A DNA stretch of 64,000 nt, taken from positions 1 to 64,000 of the forward strand of contig CDROCS010006357.1 in the NCBI GenBank assembly GCA_977020255.1, read 5' to 3'. The notes under the pieces were generated by a model. It did not search any database. It saw only the letters and a program-made list of their open reading frames with translations, and was not told where the DNA came from. The translations under genes and the position numbers were made by a program. This document shows, piece after piece, positions 12,897 through 25,087 of the stretch (positions are counted from its first letter, which is position 1; each line of letters starts with the position of its first letter). Origin of the DNA: Obrimoposthia wandeli. Lineage: Eukaryota.

Positions 12897-13065
12897 GATT
12901 CCGAACTTAGCTACCGGGCAATGCTACTGGCGTAACAACCCGAACACCAGAGGTTCGTCCACTCCGGTCCTCTCGTACTAGGAGCAGCCCCCTTCAATCA
13001 TCCAACGCCCACGGCAGATAGGGACCGAACTGTCTCACGACGTTCTAAACCCAGCTCGCGTACCA

Positions 13066-13098
<33 letters not shown>

Positions 13099-13100
13099 GA

Positions 13101-13143
<43 letters not shown>

Positions 13144-13171
13144 ACCGCCGTCGATATGAACTCTTGGCGGT

Positions 13172-13227
<56 letters not shown>

Positions 13228-13348
13228 AGAACCACCGGATCACTATGACCTGCTTTCGCACCTGCTCGAATTGTCATTCTCGCAGTCAAGCGGGCTTATG
13301 CCATTGCACTAACCTCACGATGTCCGACCGTGATTAGCCCACCTTCGT

Positions 13349-13391
<43 letters not shown>

Positions 13392-13648
13392 ACCCACCAG
13401 GCACTGTCCGCAACCCCGATAAGGGGCCAACGTTAGAACATCAAGCATACAGGGTGGTATTTCAAGGACGACTCCATACGAACTAGCGCCCGTATTTCAT
13501 AGTCTCCCACCTATCCTACACATGTAGGGTCAATGTTCAGTGCCAAGCTGTAGTAAAGGTTCACGGGGTCTTTCCGTCTAGCCGCGGGTACACAGCATCT
13601 TCACTGCGATTTCAATTTCACTGAGTCTCGGGTGGAGACAGCGTGGCC

Positions 13649-13735
<87 letters not shown>

Positions 13736-14541
13736 AGGGCTTCAATTCAGAGCTTGCACCCCTCCTCTTAACCTTCCGGCACCGGGCAGGCGTCAGACCC
13801 TATACTTCACCTTACGGTTTTGCAGAGTCCTGTGTTTTTAGTAAACAGTTGCAGCCACCTGGTATCTGCGACTCCCAGCAGCTTAGAGAGCAAGTCTCAT
13901 CACCAGGAGCGTACCTTCTCCCGAAGTTACGCAAGTAATTTGCCGAGTTCCTTCAACATAGTTCTCTCAAGCGCCTTGGTATTCTCTACCTGTCCACCTG
14001 TGTCGGTTTGGGGTACGATTACTTATAACCTATCGCTTAGAGGCTTTTCCGGAAGCATGGCATCAATGGCTTCATCACCGTAGTGACTCGACATCAGGTC
14101 TCAGCCTTCTCTACTTAAAGAGGTATTCCCGGATTTGCCTAAGAATTTCAGCCTACGCCTTTGAACTTGGACAACCGTCGCCAAGCCCACCTAGCCTTCT
14201 CCGTCCCCCATCGCAGTTATAAGCAGTACGGGAATATTAACCCGTTTCCCATCGACTACGCCTTTCGGCCTCGCCTTAGGGGTCGACTTGCCCCTGCCCC
14301 GATTAACGTTGGACAGGAACCCTTGATCTTCCGGCGAGGGAGTTTTCACTCCCTTTATCGTTACTCATGTCAGCATTCGCACTTCTGATACCTCCAGCCA
14401 ACCTTACGATTGACCTTCAACGGCTTACAGAACGCTCCCCTACCCAATATAACAAGTTATATTGCCGCAGCTTCGGTGTATAGCTTAGCCCCGTTAAATC
14501 TTCCGCGCAGACCGACTCGACCAGTGAGCTATTACGCTTTC

Positions 14542-14573
<32 letters not shown>

Positions 14574-14620
14574 TGGCTGTCTGAGCCTTTCCACATCGTT
14601 TCCCACTTAGCTATAACTTT

Positions 14621-14653
<33 letters not shown>

Positions 14654-15613
14654 CTTCACGACGGACGTTAGCACCCGCCGTGTGTCTCCCGGATAGTACT
14701 TACTGGTATTCGGAGTTTGCAAAGGGTTGGTAAGTCGGGATGACCCCCTAGCCTTAACAGTGCTCTACCCCCAGTAGTATTCGTCCGAGGCGCTACCTAA
14801 ATAGCTTTCGGGGAGAACCAGCTATCTCCAAGTTTGATTGGCCTTTCACCCCTAGCCACAAGTCATCCGCTAATTTTTCAACATTAGTCGGTTCGGTCCT
14901 CCAGTAAGTGTTACCTCACCTTCAACCTGCCCATGGCTGAATCACTTGGTTTCGGGTCTAATCCTAGCAACTGTACGCCCAGTTAAGACTCGGTTTCCTA
15001 CGGCTCCCCTAAACGGTTAACCTTGCTACTAAAATTAAGTCGCTGACCCATTATACAAAAGGTACGCAGTCACCCAACAAGTGGGCTCCTACTGCTTGTA
15101 CGTACACGGTTTCAGGTTCTATTTCACTCCCCTCACAGGGGTTCTTTTCGCCTTTCCCTCACGGTACTGGTTCACTATCGGTCAGTCAGGAGTATTTAGC
15201 CTTGGAGGATGGTCCCCCCATGTTCAAACAGGATATCACGTGTCCCGTCCTACTCGATTTCACAGTAAAAGCGTTGTCGGTTACGGGGCTATCACCCTGT
15301 ATCGCTGTACTTTCCAGTACCTTCACCTAACGCTAATGCTGCTTAAGGGCTAATCCGGGTTCGCTCGCCGCTACTGCCGGAATCTCAATTGATTTCTCTT
15401 CCTCGGGGTACTTAGATGTTTCAGTTCCCCCGGTTCGCCTCGTTACGCTATGTATTCACGTAACGATACGTGCTTATGCACGTGGGTTTCCCCATTCGGA
15501 AATCGTAGACTCAAGTGGCTTTTACTGCCTAATCTACGCTTATCGCAAGTTAATACGTCCTTCATCGCCTCTGACTGCCAAGGCATCCACCGTGTACGCT
15601 TAGTCACTTAACC
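12731..15613 (-). rRNA. rrl: 23S rRNA with divergent patches at 13736-14013
   Basis: Full-length 23S with conserved ends. Confidence 0.97.
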
Positions 15614-15863
15614 ATACAACCCCAAGAGGTTTCGTATGGCAACAACCAAGGTTTCTCTCTTTAAAAGAGAGGTTTGTTTTCGCCGGACTCTTACACAAGA
15701 CACTTGAATGTGTGTTTGTTTTGAGAACTCGTTTTTACCGCTCTTAAAATAAAGAGGGATAAAAACATTTGTAATTGAATCCGTAGATTCAATTTACTAG
15801 TCAGCTTTCCAGATTGTTAAAAGCTATCTCCGTAGAGACCCAGAGTCAGAATGCATTTAGAAG

Positions 15864-15964
15864 TGGTGGAGCTATGTTCCTGCGTGCAATCTCCCAATAG
15901 TGACTTAACCACTTTTCTCATGAGCTTGAACCACCGACCTTTATCAGGGGTGCTCTAACCACCT
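15864..15964 (-). pseudogene. Fragmented tRNA-Ile(GAU) and tRNA-Ala(UGC) remnants in the ITS (probable consensus artefact)
   Basis: Plus-strand pieces TGGTGGAGCTATG, CCTGCGTGCAA, CTCCCA (Ala) and CTTGAACCACCGACCT, TTATCAGGGG, CTCTAACCACCT (Ile) lie in the correct order with internal deletions. Confidence 0.55.
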
Positions 15965-16035
15965 TTCTTTCACGTTCTTTGACATTTTAACCAAGCAATC
16001 TGTGTGGACACTGCATCAAACAATAAATCTTTAGG

Positions 16036-16156
16036 TAAGGAGGTGATCCAGCCCCAGGTTCCCCTAGGGCTACCTTGTTACGACTTCACCCCAGTCATGA
16101 ACCACACCGTGGTAAACGCCCTCCCGAAGGTTAAGCTATCTACTTCTGGTGCAGCC

Positions 16157-16210
<54 letters not shown>

Positions 16211-16391
16211 GACATTCTGATTCACGATTACTAGCGATTCCGACTTCACGGAGTCGAGTTGCAGACTCCGATCCGGACTACGACGTACTTTGTGGGATTC
16301 GCTCACCATCGCTGGTTGGCAGCCCTCTGTATACGCCATTGTAGCACGTGTGTAGCCCTCCTCGTAAGGGGCCATGATGACTTTGACGTCG

Positions 16392-16423
<32 letters not shown>

Positions 16424-16462
16424 CTCCTGGAGTTCCCACCATTACGTGCTGGCAAACAAGGA

Positions 16463-16498
<36 letters not shown>

Positions 16499-16504
16499 TT
16501 CACA

Positions 16505-16536
<32 letters not shown>

Positions 16537-16592
16537 CTCAGAGTTCCCGAAGGCACTAAGCTATCTCTAGCGAATTCTCTGGATGTCAAGAG

Positions 16593-16655
<63 letters not shown>

Positions 16656-16754
16656 AATTCATTTGAGTTTTAATCTTGCGACCGTACTCCTAGGCGGTCT
16701 ACTTAACGCGTTAGCTCCGAAAGCCACGGCTCAAGGCCACAACCTTCAAGTAGA

Positions 16755-16814
<60 letters not shown>

Positions 16815-17204
16815 TCTGAGCGTCAGTCTTTGTCCAGGGGCCGCCTTCGCCACCGGTATTCCTTCGATCTCTACGCATTTCACCGCTACACCTGAAATTC
16901 TACCCCCCTCTACAAGACTCTAGTCTGCCAGTTCAAAATGCGGTTCCGAGGTTGAGCCCCGGGCTTTCACATCTTGCTTAACAGACCGCCTGCATGCGCT
17001 TTACGCCCAGTAATTCCGATTAACGCTCGCACCTCCGTATTACCGCGGCTGCTGTGGCACGGAGTTAGCCAGTGCTTCTTCTGTCGCTAACGTCAAGGCA
17101 TGCAGCTATTAACTACACACCCTTCCTCACGACTGAAAGTACTTTACAACCCGAAGGCCTTCTTCATACACGCGGCATGGCTGCATCAGGGTTCCCCCAT
17201 TGTG

Positions 17205-17287
<83 letters not shown>

Positions 17288-17296
17288 GGGATCGTT

Positions 17297-17332
<36 letters not shown>

Positions 17333-17574
17333 CCACCTGGGCTAATCTTAGCGCGAGAGGCCCGAAGGTCCCCCTCTTTGGTCCGAAGACGTTATGCGGT
17401 ATTAGCTATCGTTTCCAATAGTTATCCCCCACACTAAGGCATATTCCCAGGCATTACTCACCCGTCCGCCGCTCGTCAGCAAAGAAAGCAAGCTTTCTTT
17501 CTGTTACCGCTCGACTTGCATGTGTTAGGCCTGCCGCCAGCGTTCAATCTGAGCCATGATCAAACTCTTCAATT
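16036..17574 (-). rRNA. rrs: 16S rRNA (first operon of the array)
   Basis: Full-length 16S. Confidence 0.98.
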
Positions 17575-17819
17575 AAAGTTCTGTTGATTCTTTCGAATCG
17601 GCTCAATGATTTTTACTGATATTCTTGTTTCATCTTCTTGCGAAGAATGAAGCATAAATTGACTGTGTCATCTTGCGATGATTAAGGTCACTCAGTTCAT
17701 TGATAAATCTTTCGACTTAAAATCTCACGAGTGCCCACACAGATTGCATGGTCAAATTGTTAAAGAACATACTGACTAGGTTGCTGGCTAAGCGCCGTGC
17801 TCCGTGTCAGTGAGGTCGT

Positions 17820-17847
17820 AGTATAGAGACATCGATCACATTGGCAA
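17820..17847 (-). promoter_or_regulatory. Promoter of the outermost rrn operon, TTGCCA-N16-TATACT, with AT-rich UP region
   Basis: 16-bp spacer; boxA at 17757-17768; AT-rich sequence upstream. Confidence 0.8.
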
Positions 17848-17979
17848 GGGGTATATTGAAATAAAACCGTCATATTTGTTTGGATGTCTACTTATCGTTC
17901 GAATGGTCGATTTATCGATGTAAATCGCACCACAACCTCGCTATTCTCTTATGTAATGGATTCAATCAAGGTAGCTCTT

Positions 17980-18528
17980 ATGCACTTAGCACTACGATCT
18001 TATAAAGGAATAACGCCCACTCTTCATGAAAATGTTTATATCGACAACTCAGCAGTACTCATCGGAGACATTGAATTAAACACTGATACCAGTATTTGGC
18101 CTTTAGTGGCAGCAAGAGGCGATGTAAACCACATCAGAATTGGCGCAAGAAGTAATGTACAAGACGGGGCTGTTTTACATGTCACACGTAAAACACCCGA
18201 TAACCCCACAGGTCATCCTTTAATTATTGGTGATGATGTGACAATAGGGCACAAAGCAATGTTACATGGCTGCCATGTTGGTCATCGTGTATTAGTCGGA
18301 ATGGGTGCAATTCTATTAGATGGCGCCATTATAGAAGATGACGTCATTATTGGAGCAGGAAGTTTAGTACCACCAGGCAAAGTGCTTAAAAGTGGTTTCC
18401 TCTATATAGGTAGCCCTGTTAAACAAGCACGCCCATTAAATGATAACGAACGTGCCTTTCTTCCAACGTCCGCTGATAACTATGTCAGGCTTAAAAATGA
18501 GTACTTAGCTGAAAGTGAAAATCTTTAA
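17980..18528 (+). CDS. yrdA: Gamma carbonic anhydrase family protein (YrdA-like)
   Basis: Hexapeptide repeats with NVQDGAVLH and TIGHKAMLHGC motifs; start moved to MHLALRSY (AAGG upstream). Confidence 0.9.
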   Translation: MHLALRSYKGITPTLHENVYIDNSAVLIGDIELNTDTSIWPLVAARGDVNHIRIGARSNVQDGAVLHVTRKTPDNPTGHPLIIGDDVTIGHKAMLHGCHVGHRVLVGMGAILLDGAIIEDDVIIGAGSLVPPGKVLKSGFLYIGSPVKQARPLNDNERAFLPTSADNYVRLKNEYLAESENL

Positions 18529-18788
18529 CCAATAAAGATACAACCTTCACTATCAAAGTCTTCATCTTCTATCTGTTCTTCTGCCAATTCCTCTAAATCA
18601 AATCGATTGGCAGAAAAGACGGCGAGGATACCATCTTCAGTAACTAATGGCTGCGAGGTATGCTGCTGCAGCCATTTAAGACTCACCCAACACGTAATCA
18701 ACGCCCCACCTTGCTGAGCAGGGAAATTAACCGCTTGCTTAGCATCATCCCAACTTTGAAGATCGGAAAATAAAATATTTTGGTTCAT
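18525..18788 (-). CDS. DUF1488 family protein (YrdB-like)
   Basis: MNQNILFSD...FPAQQGGALITC...AEEQIEDEDF; syntenic downstream of aroE. Confidence 0.8.
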   Translation of the reverse strand: MNQNILFSDLQSWDDAKQAVNFPAQQGGALITCWVSLKWLQQHTSQPLVTEDGILAVFSANRFDLEELAEEQIEDEDFDSEGCIFIG

Positions 18789-18798
18789 CTCGTTCTCA

Positions 18799-19620
18799 TT
18801 ATTCCTGCAATATACGGCGTAATTCTCGCAGTACCTGCTTGGCTCCAGGGCGTAACCCTCGCCATAACATAAAGCTTTCTGCGGCTTGACCAACAAGCAT
18901 ACCTAGCCCATCAATCACTTTTCCAGCCCCTAAATCTCGCGCCCATAAATTGAACGCGGTAATTTGAGCGCTATAAACCATGTCATAACAAACCATATCA
19001 TGTTTGATCAGACTTTCTGACAAGCCAGGCAGCTGCCCACTTAACCCTGCAGAAGTAGAGTTGATGATCACATCAAAATCCGGTTGATTCAGTGTATCTA
19101 TTGCAGCCGACGAAACAGAACCAAAAGACGCAAATAGGTCAGCCAACTGCTGCGCTTTAGATAATGTGCGATTAGTTATCACTAATTCGGCAGGTTTTTG
19201 AGCAAGTAAGGGTAAAACCACGCCGCGGGCAGCGCCACCAGCCCCAACTAATAGAATACGCTTACCAGCCAGTTCAACTTGATTTAATAATAAGTCTTGA
19301 ACTAGGCCTTCACCATCGGTGTTATCTCCTAAGATACCACCATCATCTAATTTTTTGAGTGTATTTACGGCACCGGCTAATTTAGCGCGTTCGGAAAGTT
19401 GAGTCGCATACTGATATGCGTCCTCCTTGAAAGGCGCTGTGATATTACAGCCTCGCCCCCCCGCTGAGAAAAAGTTATCAGCAGCAGATTCAAAGCCATC
19501 TGCCGATGCTAGCTCTGCGGTGTATTCCATCTTTTGCGCTGTTTGGCGGGCAAATAATGTATGAATGAAAGGCGATTTACTTTGTGCTATAGGGTTGCCA
19601 AAAACAACGTACTTATCCAT
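18799..19620 (-). CDS. aroE: Shikimate dehydrogenase
   Basis: [16 protein letters not shown] and GAGGAARG motifs. Confidence 0.97.
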   Translation of the reverse strand: MDKYVVFGNPIAQSKSPFIHTLFARQTAQKMEYTAELASADGFESAADNFFSAGGRGCNITAPFKEDAYQYATQLSERAKLAGAVNTLKKLDDGGILGDNTDGEGLVQDLLLNQVELAGKRILLVGAGGAARGVVLPLLAQKPAELVITNRTLSKAQQLADLFASFGSVSSAAIDTLNQPDFDVIINSTSAGLSGQLPGLSESLIKHDMVCYDMVYSAQITAFNLWARDLGAGKVIDGLGMLVGQAAESFMLWRGLRPGAKQVLRELRRILQE

Positions 19621-19710
19621 GTGATCGTTATCCAAAAAATTTGAAACCAATTAAGGGCCAATAAATCGACCCTATCACTGCATTAAGTGAAGCTCAAACA
19701 GTTCGTACTA

Positions 19711-20619
<909 letters not shown>

Positions 20620-20641
20620 TTATCCTTGTTCTAACTAACCA

Positions 20642-21199
20642 CTAACCCTGACGTAATACAGTATCACTAAATGCATCTCGAATTTCTGTTGGGTTTTCAC
20701 GCCCACCAGTCTCACCTTCTAAAATAGCACTTAAGTGCTCACCTAACTGATTCTGTACTTCAGCCACAGTCTTACACGGTGGTAATCCGGTTAAATTAGC
20801 ACTGGTAGAGGTGATAGGTTTACCAAACTGATGACAAAGTTTCTGCACTAAAGGATGATCGCTCACTCGAACAGCTATCGATGTAAATTTGCCAGTTAGG
20901 AGAAGAGAGATATCTTTTTTTACCGGCATCACCCAGGTAACAGGCCCTGGCCACGTCGAAAATATTTTCTGCTTTTGTAAATCACTAAGCTGGGCATCAT
21001 CAATATACGGCTGTAGTTGTTGATAATTAGCTGCAATCAGAATCAAACCTTTTTCGATCGGACGCTGTTTTAAAGCAAGTAGCTTCTCAATAGCGTGTGA
21101 ATTATCAGGATCGCACCCAACACCAAACACACCCTCTGTTGGATAAGCAATAACCTCTCCGCTTTGTAACGCAGATACAACTTGCTGCAAGTTGTCCAT
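20642..21199 (-). CDS. tsaC: Threonylcarbamoyl-AMP synthase (Sua5/YrdC)
   Basis: [15 protein letters not shown] and STSAN motifs; GAGG before MDNLQQ. Confidence 0.95.
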   Translation of the reverse strand: MDNLQQVVSALQSGEVIAYPTEGVFGVGCDPDNSHAIEKLLALKQRPIEKGLILIAANYQQLQPYIDDAQLSDLQKQKIFSTWPGPVTWVMPVKKDISLLLTGKFTSIAVRVSDHPLVQKLCHQFGKPITSTSANLTGLPPCKTVAEVQNQLGEHLSAILEGETGGRENPTEIRDAFSDTVLRQG

Positions 21200-21230
21200 A
21201 TCGACCTCGTAAATAACCATATTAAATGCA

Positions 21231-21262
21231 ATAAAAAAGGCGCTCTAAAGAGAGCGCCTCTT
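21231..21262 (-). terminator. Rho-independent terminator after purE
   Basis: AGGCGCTCT/AGAGCGCCT stem followed by a T-run on the minus strand. Confidence 0.8.
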
Positions 21263-21279
21263 AAATTCATGGCTATTAT

Positions 21280-21789
21280 TTAGCCCTTTAGACGCTCTTG
21301 TAAAGCTGCATCTTTCGCAATAACAGCTTCAGCGTTCTTTTGACGATCAGCTTTTACTGCTAATGCTAGCGCTTTATCGCCAGTCGCTAGAATTTGTGCC
21401 GCTAAGTAACCCGCATTTTTTGCACCAGCACTGCCAATTGCAACAGTAGCAACAGGTACACCACCAGGCATCATTGCAGTTGAAAGCAATGCATCCATCC
21501 CTTGTAGAGGACCGGCATCAATTGGCACTCCGATAACAGGTAATGTTGTAATACCTGCAACAGCACCTGCTAAATGTGCCGCTAAGCCTGCGGCACAAAT
21601 AAATACGCCACAACCTCGCGCTTCAGCATCAGTCACATAACTGTGCGTTGCGGCTGGTGTACGGTGAGCAGAAGTTACTTTCACTTCAGTAGTAATTTCA
21701 AAAGATTTTAAAACATCAAGCGTTGCCTGCATTACTGGCAAATCTGAATCTGAGCCCATCAAAACAGCTACAAATGGCTTAGTCATCAT
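21280..21789 (-). CDS. purE: N5-CAIR mutase (class I PurE); no adjacent purK
   Basis: MGSDSD, SAHRTP, AGLAAHLAG, PVIGVP and MPGGVPVATV motifs. Confidence 0.93.
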   Translation of the reverse strand: MMTKPFVAVLMGSDSDLPVMQATLDVLKSFEITTEVKVTSAHRTPAATHSYVTDAEARGCGVFICAAGLAAHLAGAVAGITTLPVIGVPIDAGPLQGMDALLSTAMMPGGVPVATVAIGSAGAKNAGYLAAQILATGDKALALAVKADRQKNAEAVIAKDAALQERLKG

Positions 21790-21809
21790 CTTTCCTTCCA
21801 TATTAAGTG

Positions 21810-21825
21810 ACGTAATCGATTGCGT
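21810..21825. promoter_or_regulatory. PurR box just downstream of a TATAAT -10 (21830-21835) of purE
   Basis: ACGCAATCGATTACGT on the minus strand resembles the PurR consensus ACGCAAACGTTTGCGT. Confidence 0.7.
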
Positions 21826-21863
21826 AAGCATTATAGAGGAAATTCCGAATAGATCGAGAATGA

Positions 21864-22421
21864 TTATTGCTGAATGTGGTGACACTTCTTATCTGCACAT
21901 TGCAATTTGATACCCGTAGCAAAATCTTTCTCTACTAATAGAGGAAAACCACAGGTTTCGCATTGTTGTTCGACAGGCTTGCTGTTTACAGCGAAACGAC
22001 ATGCTGGATATTGGTCGCAAGCAAAGAATACTTTGCCATAACGAGACTTTCGTTGAACGAGATGCCCTTTGTGACAATCTGGACACAAAATTTGAGTATC
22101 ATCCGCTTTTTTCTCTAAGGGCTCAATGTGCTGGCAATCAGGGAAACTCGCACAACCAATGAACATCCCAAAACGACCTTGTCGTAAAACCAGTTCGCTA
22201 TCACAACTAGGGCATGGCTTACCAAGATGTTTGACAATGTGCCCATCATTCTGATTAAGCGGACGAATAAAATCGCACTCAGGGTAATTTGAACATCCAA
22301 AAAAAGGACCGCGCTTGCCATAACGCGTTTGCAATTGACCACCACAGGTTGGGCAGAGTTCTTCTTGCTCTAACGCATGCTCATGAGCATCAAATAACTG
22401 ATCGTGATTTTTGCCGGCCAT
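21864..22421 (-). CDS. Topoisomerase I C4 zinc-ribbon domain protein (YrdD-like)
   Basis: Repeated CPxCxx...GxFxGCSNYPxC zinc ribbons. Confidence 0.9.
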   Translation of the reverse strand: MAGKNHDQLFDAHEHALEQEELCPTCGGQLQTRYGKRGPFFGCSNYPECDFIRPLNQNDGHIVKHLGKPCPSCDSELVLRQGRFGMFIGCASFPDCQHIEPLEKKADDTQILCPDCHKGHLVQRKSRYGKVFFACDQYPACRFAVNSKPVEQQCETCGFPLLVEKDFATGIKLQCADKKCHHIQQ

Positions 22422-22458
22422 ACTACATATTACTCGCTAGGGCGGGGTTATAAATAAA

Positions 22459-22932
22459 TTAGTGGAGGTATCCATCTTCTGCTCCGTAAAGCAGCTCTTC
22501 CATCTGACTATAAGCATTCTCATTGCCTGGTGCATTAAAGAGCACCATTAAAATAATCCACTTCAAGTCATCAAGTACAAATTCGTTTGTTTCTAGCTCC
22601 ATCACACGATCAATAACCATCTCGCGTGTATCGGCACTTAATACATGAATTTGCTCTAAGTAGGTCAAAAATCCACGACATGTTACATCCATTCGAGCCA
22701 TCTCTTGTGGAATATAAACACGAATAGACGTTATCGCACTATCATTCATGTACGGTATGGTTTCTGTTTCTTGCAGAGCAGCAAGCTTTTCAAGCCAGTT
22801 TAATGCCTTGTAGATATCATCTTGATGAAATCCGGCACGACTAAGCTCATCTGAAAGTTCATCCTGATCAACCAATAGCTCCACATCGCTTTGGATATAG
22901 GTTTCAAACAGGTACATAAGAATATCCATCAT
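22459..22932 (-). CDS. smg: Smg / DUF494 protein
   Basis: MDILMYLFE...[13 protein letters not shown]; downstream of dprA. Confidence 0.92.
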   Translation of the reverse strand: MMDILMYLFETYIQSDVELLVDQDELSDELSRAGFHQDDIYKALNWLEKLAALQETETIPYMNDSAITSIRVYIPQEMARMDVTCRGFLTYLEQIHVLSADTREMVIDRVMELETNEFVLDDLKWIILMVLFNAPGNENAYSQMEELLYGAEDGYLH

Positions 22933-22934
22933 GA

Positions 22935-24032
22935 CTAGCCCCTCCTCGTTCTGATATAACCACCGGGCACTGTACTCACAACGCCTTGCAATTCTAAATC
23001 TAGTAATTGCATCATAACTTCATGTATGGGCAGTTTACAGCGTTCAGCAACCACATCAACGGGTGTTGCTTCTTTGCCTACGGTAGCCAACACGGCTGAA
23101 AATGGCAATTCTTCATTTTCAGGTTGTGGCAACGACAAGTTCATTTGGCTATTTATTGCGCATTCCGTCAGTGCTCCTACCTCTTCAAATATATCGACCG
23201 GACTTTCTACCAGTTTAGCACCAGATTTTATCAGAGCATTACAACCTCGACTACCTGGATTATGAATCGAACCGGGTAAGGCAAAAACATCTCGCCCTTG
23301 CTCTAAGGCATAGCGTGCCGTAATTAATGAGCCACTTCGCTCTGCGGCCTCTATAACGAGAACGCCAACCGACAGCCCGCTGATCACTCTATTACGACGA
23401 GGGAAGTTTTGTGGGCGCGGTTTTTCATCGGGCCAAAACTCAGAAACAAGTGCACCTTGCTCAATAATTTGGCTGGCTAACGTTCGATGACTAGCAGGAT
23501 AAATATGATTAAGACCGGATCCTAATACCGCAACTGTCGCACCACCATTTTTTAATGCGCCATAGTGTGCTTGACCGTCGATGCCTAATGCTAAGCCACT
23601 GGTCACAACATAATTAGCGGCAACCAATGCAGCAGAAAAATCATACGCCGCTTCACGCCCATCAAGGCTTGCAGAGCGGCTACCAATAACAGCCAGTTGG
23701 GGTTCTCGTAACCAACGATCTTCACCACGAACAAACAGTAAAGGCGGGGCCGATGATATTTCTTTTAATAACGCAGGGTAAAAAGGGGAGTCTAAGGTAA
23801 GAATGGTGTGATTATTTTTCTCTGCCCATATTAGGGCATGATCAATACGTTGCCGTTTAGGGTAATGTAATGCCGCAACTTGCGCTGGTGATAAACCAAT
23901 GGCGCGAAGTTGCTCTGTTGGCATCTCGATTAGCTCTATAGGTGTCGCATATTGCAATAATTTGCTGATGCGACAACCCCCTAAATATGGGACCGCCGCC
24001 AGAATCAGCCAACTTTCTAATGTTGTCATCAA
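22935..24032 (-). CDS. dprA: DNA-processing protein DprA
   Basis: [23 protein letters not shown] and SGSLITA motifs. Confidence 0.96.
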   Translation of the reverse strand: MMTTLESWLILAAVPYLGGCRISKLLQYATPIELIEMPTEQLRAIGLSPAQVAALHYPKRQRIDHALIWAEKNNHTILTLDSPFYPALLKEISSAPPLLFVRGEDRWLREPQLAVIGSRSASLDGREAAYDFSAALVAANYVVTSGLALGIDGQAHYGALKNGGATVAVLGSGLNHIYPASHRTLASQIIEQGALVSEFWPDEKPRPQNFPRRNRVISGLSVGVLVIEAAERSGSLITARYALEQGRDVFALPGSIHNPGSRGCNALIKSGAKLVESPVDIFEEVGALTECAINSQMNLSLPQPENEELPFSAVLATVGKEATPVDVVAERCKLPIHEVMMQLLDLELQGVVSTVPGGYIRTRRG

Positions 24033-25087
24033 TCAGCGACATGTGGCGGTAACGCAAGCACACCGGCACTAAAAGGTTCTAGGCTACGTGTTACGACGGC
24101 TAAGCTAAAATATTCATATGGGCGAATAACCATTACCTCACCAATATGCAGACTACTGAGTTGTTGTTTTACAGATAACCAGTTTTGTTCTTTTTTATAC
24201 GCATAATTCCCTTTTTTTCCTGTTACTTCCGCACCCGGTCTAAATAGCTGTAATACATTGCCTGCCGCGAGATTATCTAAATGACCACGATCCAGTACAA
24301 CAATTTGAGATGTCGCAATGTACCCATGTCCTTCTAAGTGACCTAGCACACTGGCTTGAATACCAGCAGGTGCTGTTGATGGTGAAAAGTTCATATCAAC
24401 ATCGGCACTATCTAATGGTGCAGGCAATAAAATATCGTTCTGACTGATCTCTTGACGAAAAGATTCCACCGTCATTAAACTCATATTCTCTTGTATTTCA
24501 GACGTTCTCAGCTTGGCAATCTCTTTGAGTGACACAACCTTCGCCTTGGTCTCATCATTACGGGTAAAATCAGTTTCGACACGATATACCCACCACTCAG
24601 TTCCTAACAATAACTCGGCATCCACCCAAATTCTGTCACCAGGTGACATGTAACCCTTTTTATCACTTGCCCCCAAAATCCGAGGAAGTTGGGCTGCGCT
24701 TTTTGCAGCGATCAATTTATTTTCAGCTAAATAAGGGAAAATTAATGTTTCTTGTAGCGTGGTAATAGGGGAGTGTTTAATCCGAACCTGAGGCGACAAC
24801 ACAACGGTTTTTTTTAACTGTAGTTGCGGACGACCATTTATCCATACCAGATGTAATTTATCTCCAGGATAGATTAAGTGCGGGTTTTGAATATAATCGT
24901 TCGCTTGCCAAAGTTGAGGCCATAACCAAGGGTTATCAAGAAAGTAGGCAGAAATATCCCAAAGCGTATCGCCTTTTTTAACAGTATAAATCTCAGGAAT
25001 ATTCTTCTTCACGCTGGGTAACCCAGTATTTGCCCAACTAACAGATAATGAAGAAATCAAAATAAACAATAAGACGACCAGCCTCAT
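24029..25087 (-). CDS. LysM peptidoglycan-binding protein with signal peptide
   Basis: YTVKKGDTLWDIS...NPHLIYPGD; divergent from def. Confidence 0.9.
   Translation of the reverse strand: MRLVVLLFILISSLSVSWANTGLPSVKKNIPEIYTVKKGDTLWDISAYFLDNPWLWPQLWQANDYIQNPHLIYPGDKLHLVWINGRPQLQLKKTVVLSPQVRIKHSPITTLQETLIFPYLAENKLIAAKSAAQLPRILGASDKKGYMSPGDRIWVDAELLLGTEWWVYRVETDFTRNDETKAKVVSLKEIAKLRTSEIQENMSLMTVESFRQEISQNDILLPAPLDSADVDMNFSPSTAPAGIQASVLGHLEGHGYIATSQIVVLDRGHLDNLAAGNVLQLFRPGAEVTGKKGNYAYKKEQNWLSVKQQLSSLHIGEVMVIRPYEYFSLAVVTRSLEPFSAGVLALPPHVAD

Noticed and set aside
232-17326. Dozens of 60-130 aa ORFs in the ORF track
   Set aside because: All lie within or antisense to rRNA genes and spacers, recur in each operon copy with frameshifts, and show no protein family features
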